Assembly: GCA_964493645.1 (NCBI GenBank)
Contig: CAZBPH010000001.1
Location: forward strand, 7,974-70,392
Direction: 5' to 3'
Length of the DNA: 62,419 bases
Source of the DNA: an uncultured Heliobacteriaceae bacterium
GTDB lineage: Bacteria > Acidobacteriota > Blastocatellia > RBC074
Made by a program: the position numbers and the translations under genes. Below the pieces are notes generated by a model that was not told where the DNA came from, did not search any database, and saw nothing but the letters and a program-made list of their open reading frames with translations. Position 1 is the first letter of the stretch. Each line of letters starts with the position of its first letter. Positions 9,096 through 19,077 of the stretch are shown in pieces.

Positions 9096-10453
9096 TGGGA
9101 TCAACAACAACCAGCGTCGCCGCATCCGGGGGCAGTTTCAAGCGCGTGCTTTCGCTGAGGGATCTGGTCATCTTCGGCATCGCCTTTATCGGGCCAACTG
9201 CGCCATATTCGATGTTCGGGATCGCCACCGTTAAATCCGAGGGGCACCTGCCGCTGGTTTATCTGATCGCCATGGTGGCGATGAGCTTTACGGCCCTCAG
9301 TTATGGACGAATGGCAGCCGCATACCCGGAGGCCGGCTCGACATACGCATACACTGCGAAAGCCATACAGCCGACGGTCGGATTCTTCGCCGGCTGGTCC
9401 ATGATCCTGGACTACATGCTGATTCCGATGCTGAGCGTAATCTTCGCCGCGCTCACCGCGCATAAGGTATGGCCTGAAGCGCCATACTGGATTTGGGCAT
9501 TCATTGCGACCGGGGCAATTACAGGGATCAATCTCTTTGGGATGCGAATAACATCGCGTTCAAACTACGTCATGAACGCGATCATGGGGGTCTCGCTCGT
9601 CTGGTTTATCGTGCTCGCGATTCGGGCATTAATTGATGGCACAGGTGAAGGGACGCTGCTTTCGACCAAACCTTTTTACAATCCGGCGACGTTTTCGTAC
9701 GGAGAGGTCATGGGCACGACATCCCTCGCAGTGCTCTCTTTTATCGGCTTCGACGGGGTAACAACACTGGCCGAAGATTCAAGGAATCCCGGCCGGGACA
9801 TCCAGCGCGCGACGCTGCTGGTCTGTTTTATCGCCGGCGGACTTTTCGTACTGGAAAGCTATCTGGCCCAGATGGTCTGGCCCGATTTCCGGACTTTCTC
9901 ACCTGTCGAGACGGCCTTCATGGATGTCGGCAAACTGGTTGGAGGGCAAGCGCTCTTTTATTTTCTCTCGTTTGTTCTGGTGGTGGCCGGTGTGGCCGGG
10001 GCAGTGACAGGACAAGCCAGCGCATCGCGACTGCTCTACGGTCTGGCGCGCGACCGTCTGTTGTCCTATCGCATCTTCGGCTACATCCATCCAAAACTTG
10101 GAACGCCGATCTATAGCGTGCTGTTGATGGGCGGATTGCATCTGACCGGGGCTTTGATATTGAAGTACACAGAGGCAGCCGAGCTGGTCAACTTCGGCGC
10201 ATTCATCGGTTTCATGCTGGTCAATCTGTCTGTCATTCGTCACTACTGGCTGCGCCCGGGGCCAGGTCAGAGCCGTCGGTTAATCTCCGGTCTTGTGTTG
10301 CCTGCTTCGGGATTTGCAATCTGTTTATACATCTGGTTGCACCTTTCGCGCTTCGCCATGGCGCTGGGCGGGTTCTGGATGGCTATCGGATTTATTTATC
10401 TGGTGTTTCTGACACGGGGCTTCAGGAAGAGACTGGTGGAGTTAAAGTTGTGA
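9095..10453 (+). CDS. APC-superfamily amino acid/polyamine permease
   Basis: The long ORF starts at 9002, but the in-frame ATG at 9095 overlaps the upstream stop (TGATG). It gives MGSTTTSVAASGGSFKRVLSLRDLVIFGIAFIGPTAPYSMFG, a typical APC N-terminus followed by about 12 hydrophobic segments. Confidence 0.85.
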   Translation: MGSTTTSVAASGGSFKRVLSLRDLVIFGIAFIGPTAPYSMFGIATVKSEGHLPLVYLIAMVAMSFTALSYGRMAAAYPEAGSTYAYTAKAIQPTVGFFAGWSMILDYMLIPMLSVIFAALTAHKVWPEAPYWIWAFIATGAITGINLFGMRITSRSNYVMNAIMGVSLVWFIVLAIRALIDGTGEGTLLSTKPFYNPATFSYGEVMGTTSLAVLSFIGFDGVTTLAEDSRNPGRDIQRATLLVCFIAGGLFVLESYLAQMVWPDFRTFSPVETAFMDVGKLVGGQALFYFLSFVLVVAGVAGAVTGQASASRLLYGLARDRLLSYRIFGYIHPKLGTPIYSVLLMGGLHLTGALILKYTEAAELVNFGAFIGFMLVNLSVIRHYWLRPGPGQSRRLISGLVLPASGFAICLYIWLHLSRFAMALGGFWMAIGFIYLVFLTRGFRKRLVELKL

Positions 10454-10468
10454 TAAGGAGATAGAGTT

Positions 10469-11497
10469 ATGAAGAATACCGGAATGAGCCGACTCACCAT
10501 GCGATTGATTTTCGTCGGTCTGCTGTTACTCTCTCCGTTGGCGACGGTTACCGACTGGGCGCAGCCACAAACTGGATCGGCGCGCAGCCGGATGCTGCGA
10601 TTGTTAGGGCTTCCACGACAGCCCTCAGTCGCTCAACCGCCAAGAGCGGAGATCCTGACGCAGAACGTTGACGGTGATGTAACGATTGAAGACCTGCGAT
10701 TCGAGGCGGGGCGAGGCGTCTGGGTTCCCGGCATGGTGGTGAAACCGAACCCGTCGTCAGGCAAACTCCCTGTCATTATTTGCCTTCCGGGGACCAGCGG
10801 AACCCGGCAGCATCTGACCGATTCGCGACTGCGACTGACCGAATTCCCCCGAACCGGCTGGGCGCGGGCGCTTTCACGCCAGGGCTTTCTGACGCTATCA
10901 CTCGACTATCTGGGATCCGAATCACGCGGCCAGAATATCTATCTCGATGCGGTGCACGCTCAGTTGGAAGGGCGCAGCTACATGGGACTCATGGTTGCCG
11001 AGGTCCTGCGTGCCGTGGATTATCTGTTAACACGGCCCGATGTGGACGGTACACGGATCGGCATTACTGGATTCTCACTTGGCGGCGCAATGAGCTGGTA
11101 TGCGGGGGCAGCCGATCCGCGCCTCAGTGTCATTGTGCCTGTCTGCGGCGGCGCGGGCACCTACGATGATTTGCTGCGATACCGCAGAAATACCGGTTAT
11201 CACTCGCAGTATTTTTACCCCGCAGGGTTCCTCAAATTATTTCCGGGCGATCAGCCCGAGGTCTTCGCTTCGCTGGCGCCACGAGCGGTGCTGGTTGTCG
11301 GACGTGATCAGGATCAGGGGATGCCGATCGAGGGTTTGCGCATACTCGAAGAGAAAGTCAAAAAAGTTTATGCCAGTCGCAAGGCGACAGACAGGTTTGC
11401 AGTTCATGTCACAGCCGGGGATCACACATACACCAATGAGATGTTCACGCAGGTCAGCGACTGGTTCGTGCGCTTTCTAAAACCATCAAAATTTTAA
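10469..11497 (+). CDS. Secreted alpha/beta hydrolase (dienelactone hydrolase / acetyl-xylan-esterase-like)
   Basis: 342-aa ORF with AAGGAG RBS, a signal peptide and the nucleophile elbow GFSLGG. The N-terminal beta-hairpin segment (GDVTIEDLRFEAGRGVWVPGMVVKP) resembles those of the hydrolases at 19078 and 27259. Confidence 0.75.
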   Translation: MKNTGMSRLTMRLIFVGLLLLSPLATVTDWAQPQTGSARSRMLRLLGLPRQPSVAQPPRAEILTQNVDGDVTIEDLRFEAGRGVWVPGMVVKPNPSSGKLPVIICLPGTSGTRQHLTDSRLRLTEFPRTGWARALSRQGFLTLSLDYLGSESRGQNIYLDAVHAQLEGRSYMGLMVAEVLRAVDYLLTRPDVDGTRIGITGFSLGGAMSWYAGAADPRLSVIVPVCGGAGTYDDLLRYRRNTGYHSQYFYPAGFLKLFPGDQPEVFASLAPRAVLVVGRDQDQGMPIEGLRILEEKVKKVYASRKATDRFAVHVTAGDHTYTNEMFTQVSDWFVRFLKPSKF

Positions 11498-11556
11498 GAT
11501 CAATCATCTGCCAGCGGCAAGTTCCGTTGTTGTCTGAAAGTAATTGAAAGGAAACC

Positions 11557-14500
11557 ATGCCAATGCCTCGATTACTCAAGAAAGCTGCGTTCACACTAGC
11601 CCTGATGATGTCACTTTGGGCGCTGGCCGTTAAGCCCGTCTGCGCGCAGGAAGTCTTCGCTACATTTGAGAATCAGAAAGAGATCTCGTCGATCAAAACT
11701 TCCGATGGTGTGCGTCTCGCCGCATCAAAACGGTTTCCGGCATGGAATACCGCCTCGCTCGAAGCCGCATTTCCTTCAAACGGGGGAACAATTGAACTGA
11801 CGGATATTCCGCAGGACTGGCGCAGGAAGGATTCGTTGCTGATGTTTGCCTGGTCAATACAGCCGGCGGAGCTGAAAGTATTGCTGCGCGATGCGGACGG
11901 TGGACGTTTCGTTCACACGTTTGCTCTTCGCACAGGTGTCAATCATCTGCAATTGCGGTTGGCCCGTGTACGTGATGTTGATCTGCGGAAGATGCGTTCG
12001 CTGACACTGGAATCCGGGCGCGGAGGAACATTCTACTTCGACTATTTCGCGCTTGACCGGTTTCATCCGGTGTTGGCTGAGCGCGGCCGGTGGGACGTCG
12101 ATTATACGATGGACATCGTGACACCACACGATGAGTGGGCAAAGCCCTTTGCCAATGGACGAATCAGAGCCTTTGCCATCGCCGATGTCGCGGATGGTCG
12201 CGGAATCATCGAATTGGCGCAACGACTCTCACTCGATTTCAAAGCGACATCGATTGGGCGTAGCGAAGGCACTAACAAATGGGGTTTCGGCGACTTTTAC
12301 GAACATCGCAGTTTCGGCGGAGAATTCTGGGAAGGAGCTTACTCTCTGGCGCACACCTATATTGCCGATGATTTGCTCAACGGCCCTGATTACGATGTGA
12401 TTCTATGGCCGGGGCTGCGTCGTTGGGAGAGTTACCCTGAGGAGATTCGCAATGAAATTCGCCGCCGTGTCGAAGCGGGGGCCGGGCTGGTGCTGTTTTA
12501 CCCGAACAGCCGGGAGAGCGATCTTTGGACTCTTTCGCCGATCATCAGAAACGGAGAGATCAAAACCGGCAGGAACGCCGACCGAAGCAGCCTCGATCAG
12601 ACTCAGTGGCGAGCGAAGAGCGATCATTACATCACCCGCGGCGTTCCATTGGATGCCTATCCGTGGGGGCACTTGAGTGTTCCTTCATCTGAAATATCCG
12701 GCGAGGTGCTGCTCGAAACATCACGTGGCACACCTGTACTTGCGGTGAGGACTCTGGGCAAAGGGCGCGTCGTAGCGTTCGGATACAGTGAACGCGGGAT
12801 GATTCCCGAAGTCGAAGAGATGTTCGAGACCAGGCTTCATTATCCGTATCACGAATACCTCTGGTCGCTGGTCGCTCGCGCAGTGGTCTGGGCCGCGCAA
12901 CGCGAACCGAAATCAGGTATCCGCAATGTGCAACCTTCGGCGGACAATCTGGTCGTGACACTTAACAATGTGCCGCAGGGCGCTGAAGTCACGGCGACGA
13001 TTCGGAGCAGTTTCGGCGAGATCGAAGCGCAGGTTTCTTCGCCGGTCACACAGAATGCGGACAAGGTCACGCTCGAGATCTCGAAACCCCTCACAGGCGG
13101 CCGTCATTTCGCCGAGGTGCAATTGCGAGAGCAGGGTCGCGCGATCGACTGGGCGACACAAACGTTCGATGTTGCTGCAAAGACAACTATCCAGTCGGTT
13201 GCCCTCGCCACCGACCGCGTCAAACTTGGTGATCCGGTCACCGCGCGGGTCGGGTTACACGCGGCGCAGGATTCCACCCTCACCGCACGACTCTATGACA
13301 ACTACGACCGATTGCTTGACGAACGCCGTTATCAGATCAAAGCGGGCGGCGAAGTCGAACAACAGATCAGTCTCAATTCGACTGGCGCGCTGACGCATCT
13401 GGCCCGGGTGGATTGTGAGGTCGACGCTCAGGGCGTGCGCAGCGACCGTCATTTGACAGAAGTATTCGTTCTGCAACCACGTCGCTGGGACGATTACGAC
13501 ATCGTCATGTACCTCTTCAACAAGGAACCGATCCCCGGCGTCTGGCCCGCGATTGACGAACAATTGCGGCGGCTCAATGTGACAACGCTCTCGTCTTACA
13601 CGCTCAGCCACAGCAAGCACGCTAATTTCAACATCCAGGCACAGACGCGCATCAGCGGCCAGGAGTCCCCGGATGGCGCGCTGCGCGACTACTACTCGAA
13701 GATGAAGAAACAGTACGCCGAGACGCGCGACAAACGATTACTCGTGCGTGAGTACTGTTTGAACGACCCTGGTTATCGCGATCTGATTCGCAAGGAGTTG
13801 AAGCAACTGGCTGAACCATGGGTGGGCTTCTCGCCGATGTCCTATTACGTATACGAAGAGCCTTCCCTGACCTGCTATGTTGACGACCTGGATTTGTGCT
13901 TCTCGCCGCATACTATGCGCGCAATGCGCGAATGGCTGAAGGCGGAGTATAAGTCACTGGATGTCTTGAACCGACGATGGGGCACGAGCTTCAGACAATG
14001 GGATGAAGTCACGCCGGACGACACTTATGAAGCACAGAGTCGAGGCAATTACACCTCGTGGGCCGATCATCGGACGTTTATGGAGAAGAGTTACGCTGAG
14101 ACCTTCGAATTCGTGCTCGGCGAACTGCGCAAGCTGGACCCGGAAGGCATCCTGCTCAATTCCGGCACACAGGAATCGGCCCCGCACAACGGGAGCGATT
14201 ACAGCCTGATCAATAAGTTTACAAAACACCTCAACTCGTACGACGGCGGCAATCAGTTCGACTTCCACCGAAATTTCAACCCGGAAGTGAAGATTTCGGG
14301 CGGCGCGGGTTACGGGATGCTCGGCAAAAACGTGCTCTACGATTTCTATCGCAACCTTTTCAAAGGCGCGAACGGTGGAGCATATGTCTTCTGGCAGTTT
14401 TCTACGTTAACTCCCGATCTGACGTTATGCCAGAGCGGCAAAGACATCGCCGAAGGCTTCGGCGAACTACGCGGCGCCGGCATCGGCAAACTGATCGCCT

Positions 14501-15699
14501 CTGGCACGCCCGACAACAGTCGCCTCGCTATTCACTATTCTTATCCGAGCATCCACGGATCATGGATTGTGGACGGCAAGATCGAGCCAAAAGTCGTTTA
14601 CGATTCGACCAGCGTCACTCATCGCCGCTTCAACGCCAACCGCGACGGATGGGTCAAGATACTGCGCGATTCCGGACTTCAGTTCGATTTCATCGCTTAT
14701 GGCGATGTAGAAAAAGGTGATCTTATCGCCAGAGGTTATCGCACCTTTATTCTTCCAATGAGCATAGCGCTGAGCGATGAAGAAGCGTCGGCCATCCGGG
14801 AGTTTGTGCGACAAGGAGGCACTGTTATCGCCGATGCTTTGCCAGGCATAATGGATGAGCATTGTGCGTTTCGGGAGCCGCGCGCACTGAGCGACGTATT
14901 TGGAATCGAGCCGACAAAATCCAATCGTGATGCAGTGGTAGCGATGAAAGGGGAGCCCGGTATGAAGCTGGCCGGCGCAAAGGCGATGCTCATCGAGGAG
15001 GGCCGGCCCCAGCTCGTCGAAAACCGTTACGGCCAGGGCCGTGCTTATCTGCTCAACTATTTCCTGAACAGCTACACGGAAGACAAGCTGGAGCGAAAAC
15101 AGGGGCCGGCGCTCGAAAAGATGAAGCAATTAATGACAGCCGCCGCGATCAATCCAGCGGTCAGGATGACTTCCATGACAGGTGACCGCGTTGCAGATTG
15201 TGAAAGCTATCTATTCAATTTCGGATCAACCAGTTTGCTCGGTCTCATACCTGACAAAGACAAGCCGGCGCCGCAGAGAGTGCGACTGACATTTGAGCGG
15301 AAAGGCGAGCTTTATGACGTGCGCCAGAAACGTTACCTCGGCACGGGATCAGAGTTTGAGACTGAAGTCGATCCGGCAGTGCCGCGACTTCTGGCGCTGG
15401 TTGAAAACCGTATCAGCGGAATGGAGTTGCAGGCCGCGCAACGCGTGCGGTTGGGCGAATCGGTGACAATCCGATTTCGCCTCGCTTCATCACCTCGACT
15501 GCGTTCGGTGGCGGTGGTCAAAGTAACCGCTCCTTCAGGGCGTGAGATGTTCTATTACGGCAACAATCAGGAGATCGCGAATGGAGCGGGAAGCACCAGT
15601 TTCAGGACGGCGCTCAATGATCAGGCGGGTACGTGGCGCGTATCCGTCACCGAAACTATCAGCGGAGAGACTGCCAGTGCGGAGATCACTATTCAGTAG
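11557..15699 (+). CDS. Large secreted multidomain GH42-like protein (beta-galactosidase-like barrel plus trimerisation-type domain)
   Basis: 1380-aa ORF with a signal peptide. FSPHTMRAMREWLKAEYKSLDVLNRRWGTSFRQWDEV parallels [30 protein letters not shown] of the clear GH42 at 40468-42540. YRTFILPMSIALSDEEASAIREFVRQGGTVIAD resembles the GH42 trimerisation (glutamine-amidotransferase-like) domain. Catalytic residues were not verified. Confidence 0.6.
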   Translation: MPMPRLLKKAAFTLALMMSLWALAVKPVCAQEVFATFENQKEISSIKTSDGVRLAASKRFPAWNTASLEAAFPSNGGTIELTDIPQDWRRKDSLLMFAWSIQPAELKVLLRDADGGRFVHTFALRTGVNHLQLRLARVRDVDLRKMRSLTLESGRGGTFYFDYFALDRFHPVLAERGRWDVDYTMDIVTPHDEWAKPFANGRIRAFAIADVADGRGIIELAQRLSLDFKATSIGRSEGTNKWGFGDFYEHRSFGGEFWEGAYSLAHTYIADDLLNGPDYDVILWPGLRRWESYPEEIRNEIRRRVEAGAGLVLFYPNSRESDLWTLSPIIRNGEIKTGRNADRSSLDQTQWRAKSDHYITRGVPLDAYPWGHLSVPSSEISGEVLLETSRGTPVLAVRTLGKGRVVAFGYSERGMIPEVEEMFETRLHYPYHEYLWSLVARAVVWAAQREPKSGIRNVQPSADNLVVTLNNVPQGAEVTATIRSSFGEIEAQVSSPVTQNADKVTLEISKPLTGGRHFAEVQLREQGRAIDWATQTFDVAAKTTIQSVALATDRVKLGDPVTARVGLHAAQDSTLTARLYDNYDRLLDERRYQIKAGGEVEQQISLNSTGALTHLARVDCEVDAQGVRSDRHLTEVFVLQPRRWDDYDIVMYLFNKEPIPGVWPAIDEQLRRLNVTTLSSYTLSHSKHANFNIQAQTRISGQESPDGALRDYYSKMKKQYAETRDKRLLVREYCLNDPGYRDLIRKELKQLAEPWVGFSPMSYYVYEEPSLTCYVDDLDLCFSPHTMRAMREWLKAEYKSLDVLNRRWGTSFRQWDEVTPDDTYEAQSRGNYTSWADHRTFMEKSYAETFEFVLGELRKLDPEGILLNSGTQESAPHNGSDYSLINKFTKHLNSYDGGNQFDFHRNFNPEVKISGGAGYGMLGKNVLYDFYRNLFKGANGGAYVFWQFSTLTPDLTLCQSGKDIAEGFGELRGAGIGKLIASGTPDNSRLAIHYSYPSIHGSWIVDGKIEPKVVYDSTSVTHRRFNANRDGWVKILRDSGLQFDFIAYGDVEKGDLIARGYRTFILPMSIALSDEEASAIREFVRQGGTVIADALPGIMDEHCAFREPRALSDVFGIEPTKSNRDAVVAMKGEPGMKLAGAKAMLIEEGRPQLVENRYGQGRAYLLNYFLNSYTEDKLERKQGPALEKMKQLMTAAAINPAVRMTSMTGDRVADCESYLFNFGSTSLLGLIPDKDKPAPQRVRLTFERKGELYDVRQKRYLGTGSEFETEVDPAVPRLLALVENRISGMELQAAQRVRLGESVTIRFRLASSPRLRSVAVVKVTAPSGREMFYYGNNQEIANGAGSTSFRTALNDQAGTWRVSVTETISGETASAEITIQ

Positions 15700-15712
15700 A
15701 AAGTTGGAACAC

Positions 15713-18700
15713 ATGCTGTTTAGCACTGAGAGCACAATTCATCGCAGAGAATCCCTGCCAATGGCCGGCAGGAGAGGATGTCTGCGCTCCCTGATGGCTG
15801 CCACGCTGTTTCTGCTCTGCTCTCCCTTTTCTTCAGCCCTTGCGCAAAAACCACCGCAGGTAAGCCTGACCCGTGGCATGCTTGAAGTTCCGACATATAC
15901 CATCAGTCGATCTGAAACAGTCGCGCCACTGTTCAAAACGGCAGACAGCTCTGCGATCTATCCCTATGCGCGGCTCGACCGCGACTCGATGAGCCGTAAA
16001 CCAATGCCTGTCCGTTACGAATCGCTGATATTGGAGAACGAATATCTGCGAGTGGTTGTCCTGCCCGAGCTTGGCGGACGCATCTGGTCGGCAAGAGACA
16101 AGACCGCCAATCGTGAGATTTTCTACTACACCAGCGTCATCAAACCGACCGGCTACAATCAGCGCGGCGGATGGCCCGCGGGAAATCTGGAGGTATACGG
16201 GCCTTACGATGCGCACATGCTGACGTGGCCCGGCGAGCCATGGCCGTGGGCAATCAGACGCGATAATGACGGCAGCGCAACGATTATCCTTTCTCACATC
16301 GATCACTTCTTCCGTAACAAGATCTCGATGGAAATTACATTGCATCCTGGTCGGTCGTTCATCGAGCTTAAGCTTCGACTCCGCAACAACAATCTGTTGC
16401 CCAATCGATACCTTATGTGGACGAATGCCGGGATCGTCGCGACCGAAGGCACTCGGTTTGTTTATCCAATGACGCGTACAATCGGCCACGACAGTTCCGA
16501 ACTGAGCACCTGGCCAATCGTGCGCGGCGCGGATTTGAGCTGGTATAAAAACAATCAAAACATGCTTGGAGTCTTCGGCCTTGATGTTTACGATAATTTT
16601 ATCGCAGCCTACGATTACCAGACAGATTACGGCACGGTCTGCTGGACAGACCGGCGGCTTGCGCGCGGCATCAAGACCTGGACATGGGGAACCGGCGATG
16701 CCGCGATGCGTCAGATGAAGCACTATACCGACTCGGATGGTCCATACATCGAAATCCAGAGTGGACGTTTCGTCTGGGACGGCAATTACGAATTCATCGA
16801 GCCGGGCAAAAGTGACGGATGGACCGAGTACTGGTTTGGCACAGGCAAACTCGGTGGATTGACGACTGCCACCCGCGATGTGGTGATAAACTTTGAAGCG
16901 CGCCAGAATCAGGCGAAGCTGGCCATAACAGCCACCGGAAAATACCCACAAGCGATGATCCTGCTCAAGACAGGCGAAAACACGATCTGGCAGACAAAAC
17001 AGAACCTCTCGCCCGATCAAGTCTATCGGACAGAGATCGGATTAAAGTCCGGGTTTTTCAGCCATGTCTTGAAACTTGAAGTTCGAACAGCAGACGGCGT
17101 TTTGCTCGCAGAACACGTTCAGAGGCCGGACGGCAGCCATCCAGACTCTGTGTTAGCCATCGATTCGATACCGCGTCGATTCGATTCGATTGATAAGTTA
17201 ACAGCCGAGGAGGCCTATCAACAGGGATTGGCGCACGAAAAATTCGGAAAGCTGGAACAAGCCGATCAAGTATACGGTGCAGCGCTCGCCAAAGACGTCA
17301 ATTACACCGCACCCCGGTTACGATTGGGTTTGATGGCGCTCGAACGCAACCGGCACGACGACGCGATCGACCATTTCAAGGCAGTCCTGGACCGTGATCC
17401 TACGAACGGCGAAGCTCATTACTTTCTGTCTATTGCGCATACCGAACTCGGAAAATTGGTGGAAGCCCGACGCGGATATTTCAGGATTCTGCCGTCATCC
17501 GGGAAATTCGATCAACGCGATTACGGACTCGGACTGCTCGCGCTCAACGCCGGCGATTTCAAAGAGGCCGGTCAGTATTTGTCTCAAGCAGTCGCTATCG
17601 GGCCTTCGCAGGTGTCAGCGCGCCAGGCTTACGCTTTCACATTGCGCAAGCTCGGCCGCATGGCGGAAGCAGATAAGGAATGCGACGCGCTGCTCAAACT
17701 GGATCCGACCAATGCCTTCGCATACGCCGAGAAACAATTCCTCTCGAGATCACAATCCTCGCCGACAGTCTTTGGCAAGAACCCGCAACTGGACAGGGCA
17801 TGCGCCAATCACGAGCAGGGCTATCTGGAATTGGCTTGCGAATATCTGCGCTTGTCGGCCAACCCGGAAGCGCAGCAAATAATCGAACGCGGGCTGAGGA
17901 TTTTACCAACGGCTGGACCGCTGCTTCATTATTACCGCGCTTACCTTGCCGACAAGAATGGGGACTCCACCACAATGCGGCTGAGCATTGAAGCGGCACG
18001 TAAACAATCATTACAGCCCGCAATATTTCCGTTCCGTCGCGAAACTATTCGTGTGCTGAAGCGAATCCTGGCCATCGAGCCAAAGGATGCGAACGCCAAT
18101 TGCCTGTTGGGCGAAATTCTGTACAGCCGTGCGCAACGCATTGAAGGTATATCCGCGTGGCGTTCGGCCATCGACTCCGACCCGAACCATTTTATGGCGT
18201 TGCGCGATCTCGGATTGGCCCTGCTTGAAACGGGGGTAAAAGACGGACACTCTGATGAAGCGCTTGCCCTGCTGGCCCGCGCCGCCGAACAACGGCCTGA
18301 TTTGCTGTCAAATACGATTCTCGTTGCCCAGCTTAAAGCCAGGGCCGGAAATCCGGAAGCCGCGCGGGAGATAATCGAACGCGCGCTGATAAACAAACCG
18401 CAGAATGATCGTCTGATCGAGAATCTGGCTGCGGTCGAGGTGCAATCAGGTCATCCTCAGCGAGCAATCTCGATGATCGAGAAGCATACATTCGAGCCTC
18501 AGCATCAGTCCTATTCGCTACTGCATCTATGGCAGGCAGCCAATCTGACTCTCTCCGCACAGATGAACAAAGGCGAGGCGATCAGGCATATCCGTTCTGC
18601 AAAAAGCCCCCCGGCCAATCTTGGTTTGGATGATTTCGCAACGTTGCGAAGCGGTCGATTACTTGTCTTCGAGGCGCTGTTACTACAGGCGACTGGCGAT

Positions 18701-19051
18701 CAGAGCGCGGCCATGCAGGCATGGAAATCGGCGGCCGGCATCGAACACCCGACTGGCAACGAAGAAGGGCTGTTTTGCGCGATTGCGCTCGACCGAACCG
18801 GTCAGCGCGTGCAGTCTGAAGAGTGGTTTGAGAATTTTCTGAGCGTCAACCAGATCAATAATCAGAACGTGTCCAAAAACCTCGGCGCTGGAGCATATTA
18901 CCTGGCTGGAATCTATGCTGCTTTCAAGGGCCAACCCGATCAGGCACGTCAGAACCTGCGCAGGTGCATTGAAATTGACGGCTCTCATCTCTGGGCCGGA
19001 CAGGCATTGGCCTGGCTCGATGCGGGCCTTCTGGCCGGCCTGGCTCAATAG
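15713..19051 (+). CDS. DUF5107-like N-terminal domain fused to a long TPR-repeat region
   Basis: The long ORF starts at 15542 inside the previous gene. ATG at 15713 (or 15761, giving signal peptide MAGRRGCLRSLMAATLFLLCSPFSSALA/Q) is a more plausible start. YESLILENEYLRVVVLPELGGRIWSARDKTANREIFY is DUF5107-like, and the C-terminal half is made of TPR-like A..Y..A...P repeats. Confidence 0.7.
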   Translation: MLFSTESTIHRRESLPMAGRRGCLRSLMAATLFLLCSPFSSALAQKPPQVSLTRGMLEVPTYTISRSETVAPLFKTADSSAIYPYARLDRDSMSRKPMPVRYESLILENEYLRVVVLPELGGRIWSARDKTANREIFYYTSVIKPTGYNQRGGWPAGNLEVYGPYDAHMLTWPGEPWPWAIRRDNDGSATIILSHIDHFFRNKISMEITLHPGRSFIELKLRLRNNNLLPNRYLMWTNAGIVATEGTRFVYPMTRTIGHDSSELSTWPIVRGADLSWYKNNQNMLGVFGLDVYDNFIAAYDYQTDYGTVCWTDRRLARGIKTWTWGTGDAAMRQMKHYTDSDGPYIEIQSGRFVWDGNYEFIEPGKSDGWTEYWFGTGKLGGLTTATRDVVINFEARQNQAKLAITATGKYPQAMILLKTGENTIWQTKQNLSPDQVYRTEIGLKSGFFSHVLKLEVRTADGVLLAEHVQRPDGSHPDSVLAIDSIPRRFDSIDKLTAEEAYQQGLAHEKFGKLEQADQVYGAALAKDVNYTAPRLRLGLMALERNRHDDAIDHFKAVLDRDPTNGEAHYFLSIAHTELGKLVEARRGYFRILPSSGKFDQRDYGLGLLALNAGDFKEAGQYLSQAVAIGPSQVSARQAYAFTLRKLGRMAEADKECDALLKLDPTNAFAYAEKQFLSRSQSSPTVFGKNPQLDRACANHEQGYLELACEYLRLSANPEAQQIIERGLRILPTAGPLLHYYRAYLADKNGDSTTMRLSIEAARKQSLQPAIFPFRRETIRVLKRILAIEPKDANANCLLGEILYSRAQRIEGISAWRSAIDSDPNHFMALRDLGLALLETGVKDGHSDEALALLARAAEQRPDLLSNTILVAQLKARAGNPEAAREIIERALINKPQNDRLIENLAAVEVQSGHPQRAISMIEKHTFEPQHQSYSLLHLWQAANLTLSAQMNKGEAIRHIRSAKSPPANLGLDDFATLRSGRLLVFEALLLQATGDQSAAMQAWKSAAGIEHPTGNEEGLFCAIALDRTGQRVQSEEWFENFLSVNQINNQNVSKNLGAGAYYLAGIYAAFKGQPDQARQNLRRCIEIDGSHLWAGQALAWLDAGLLAGLAQ

Positions 19052-19077
19052 CGTGACCACTGACAGAGGTCAATCTT

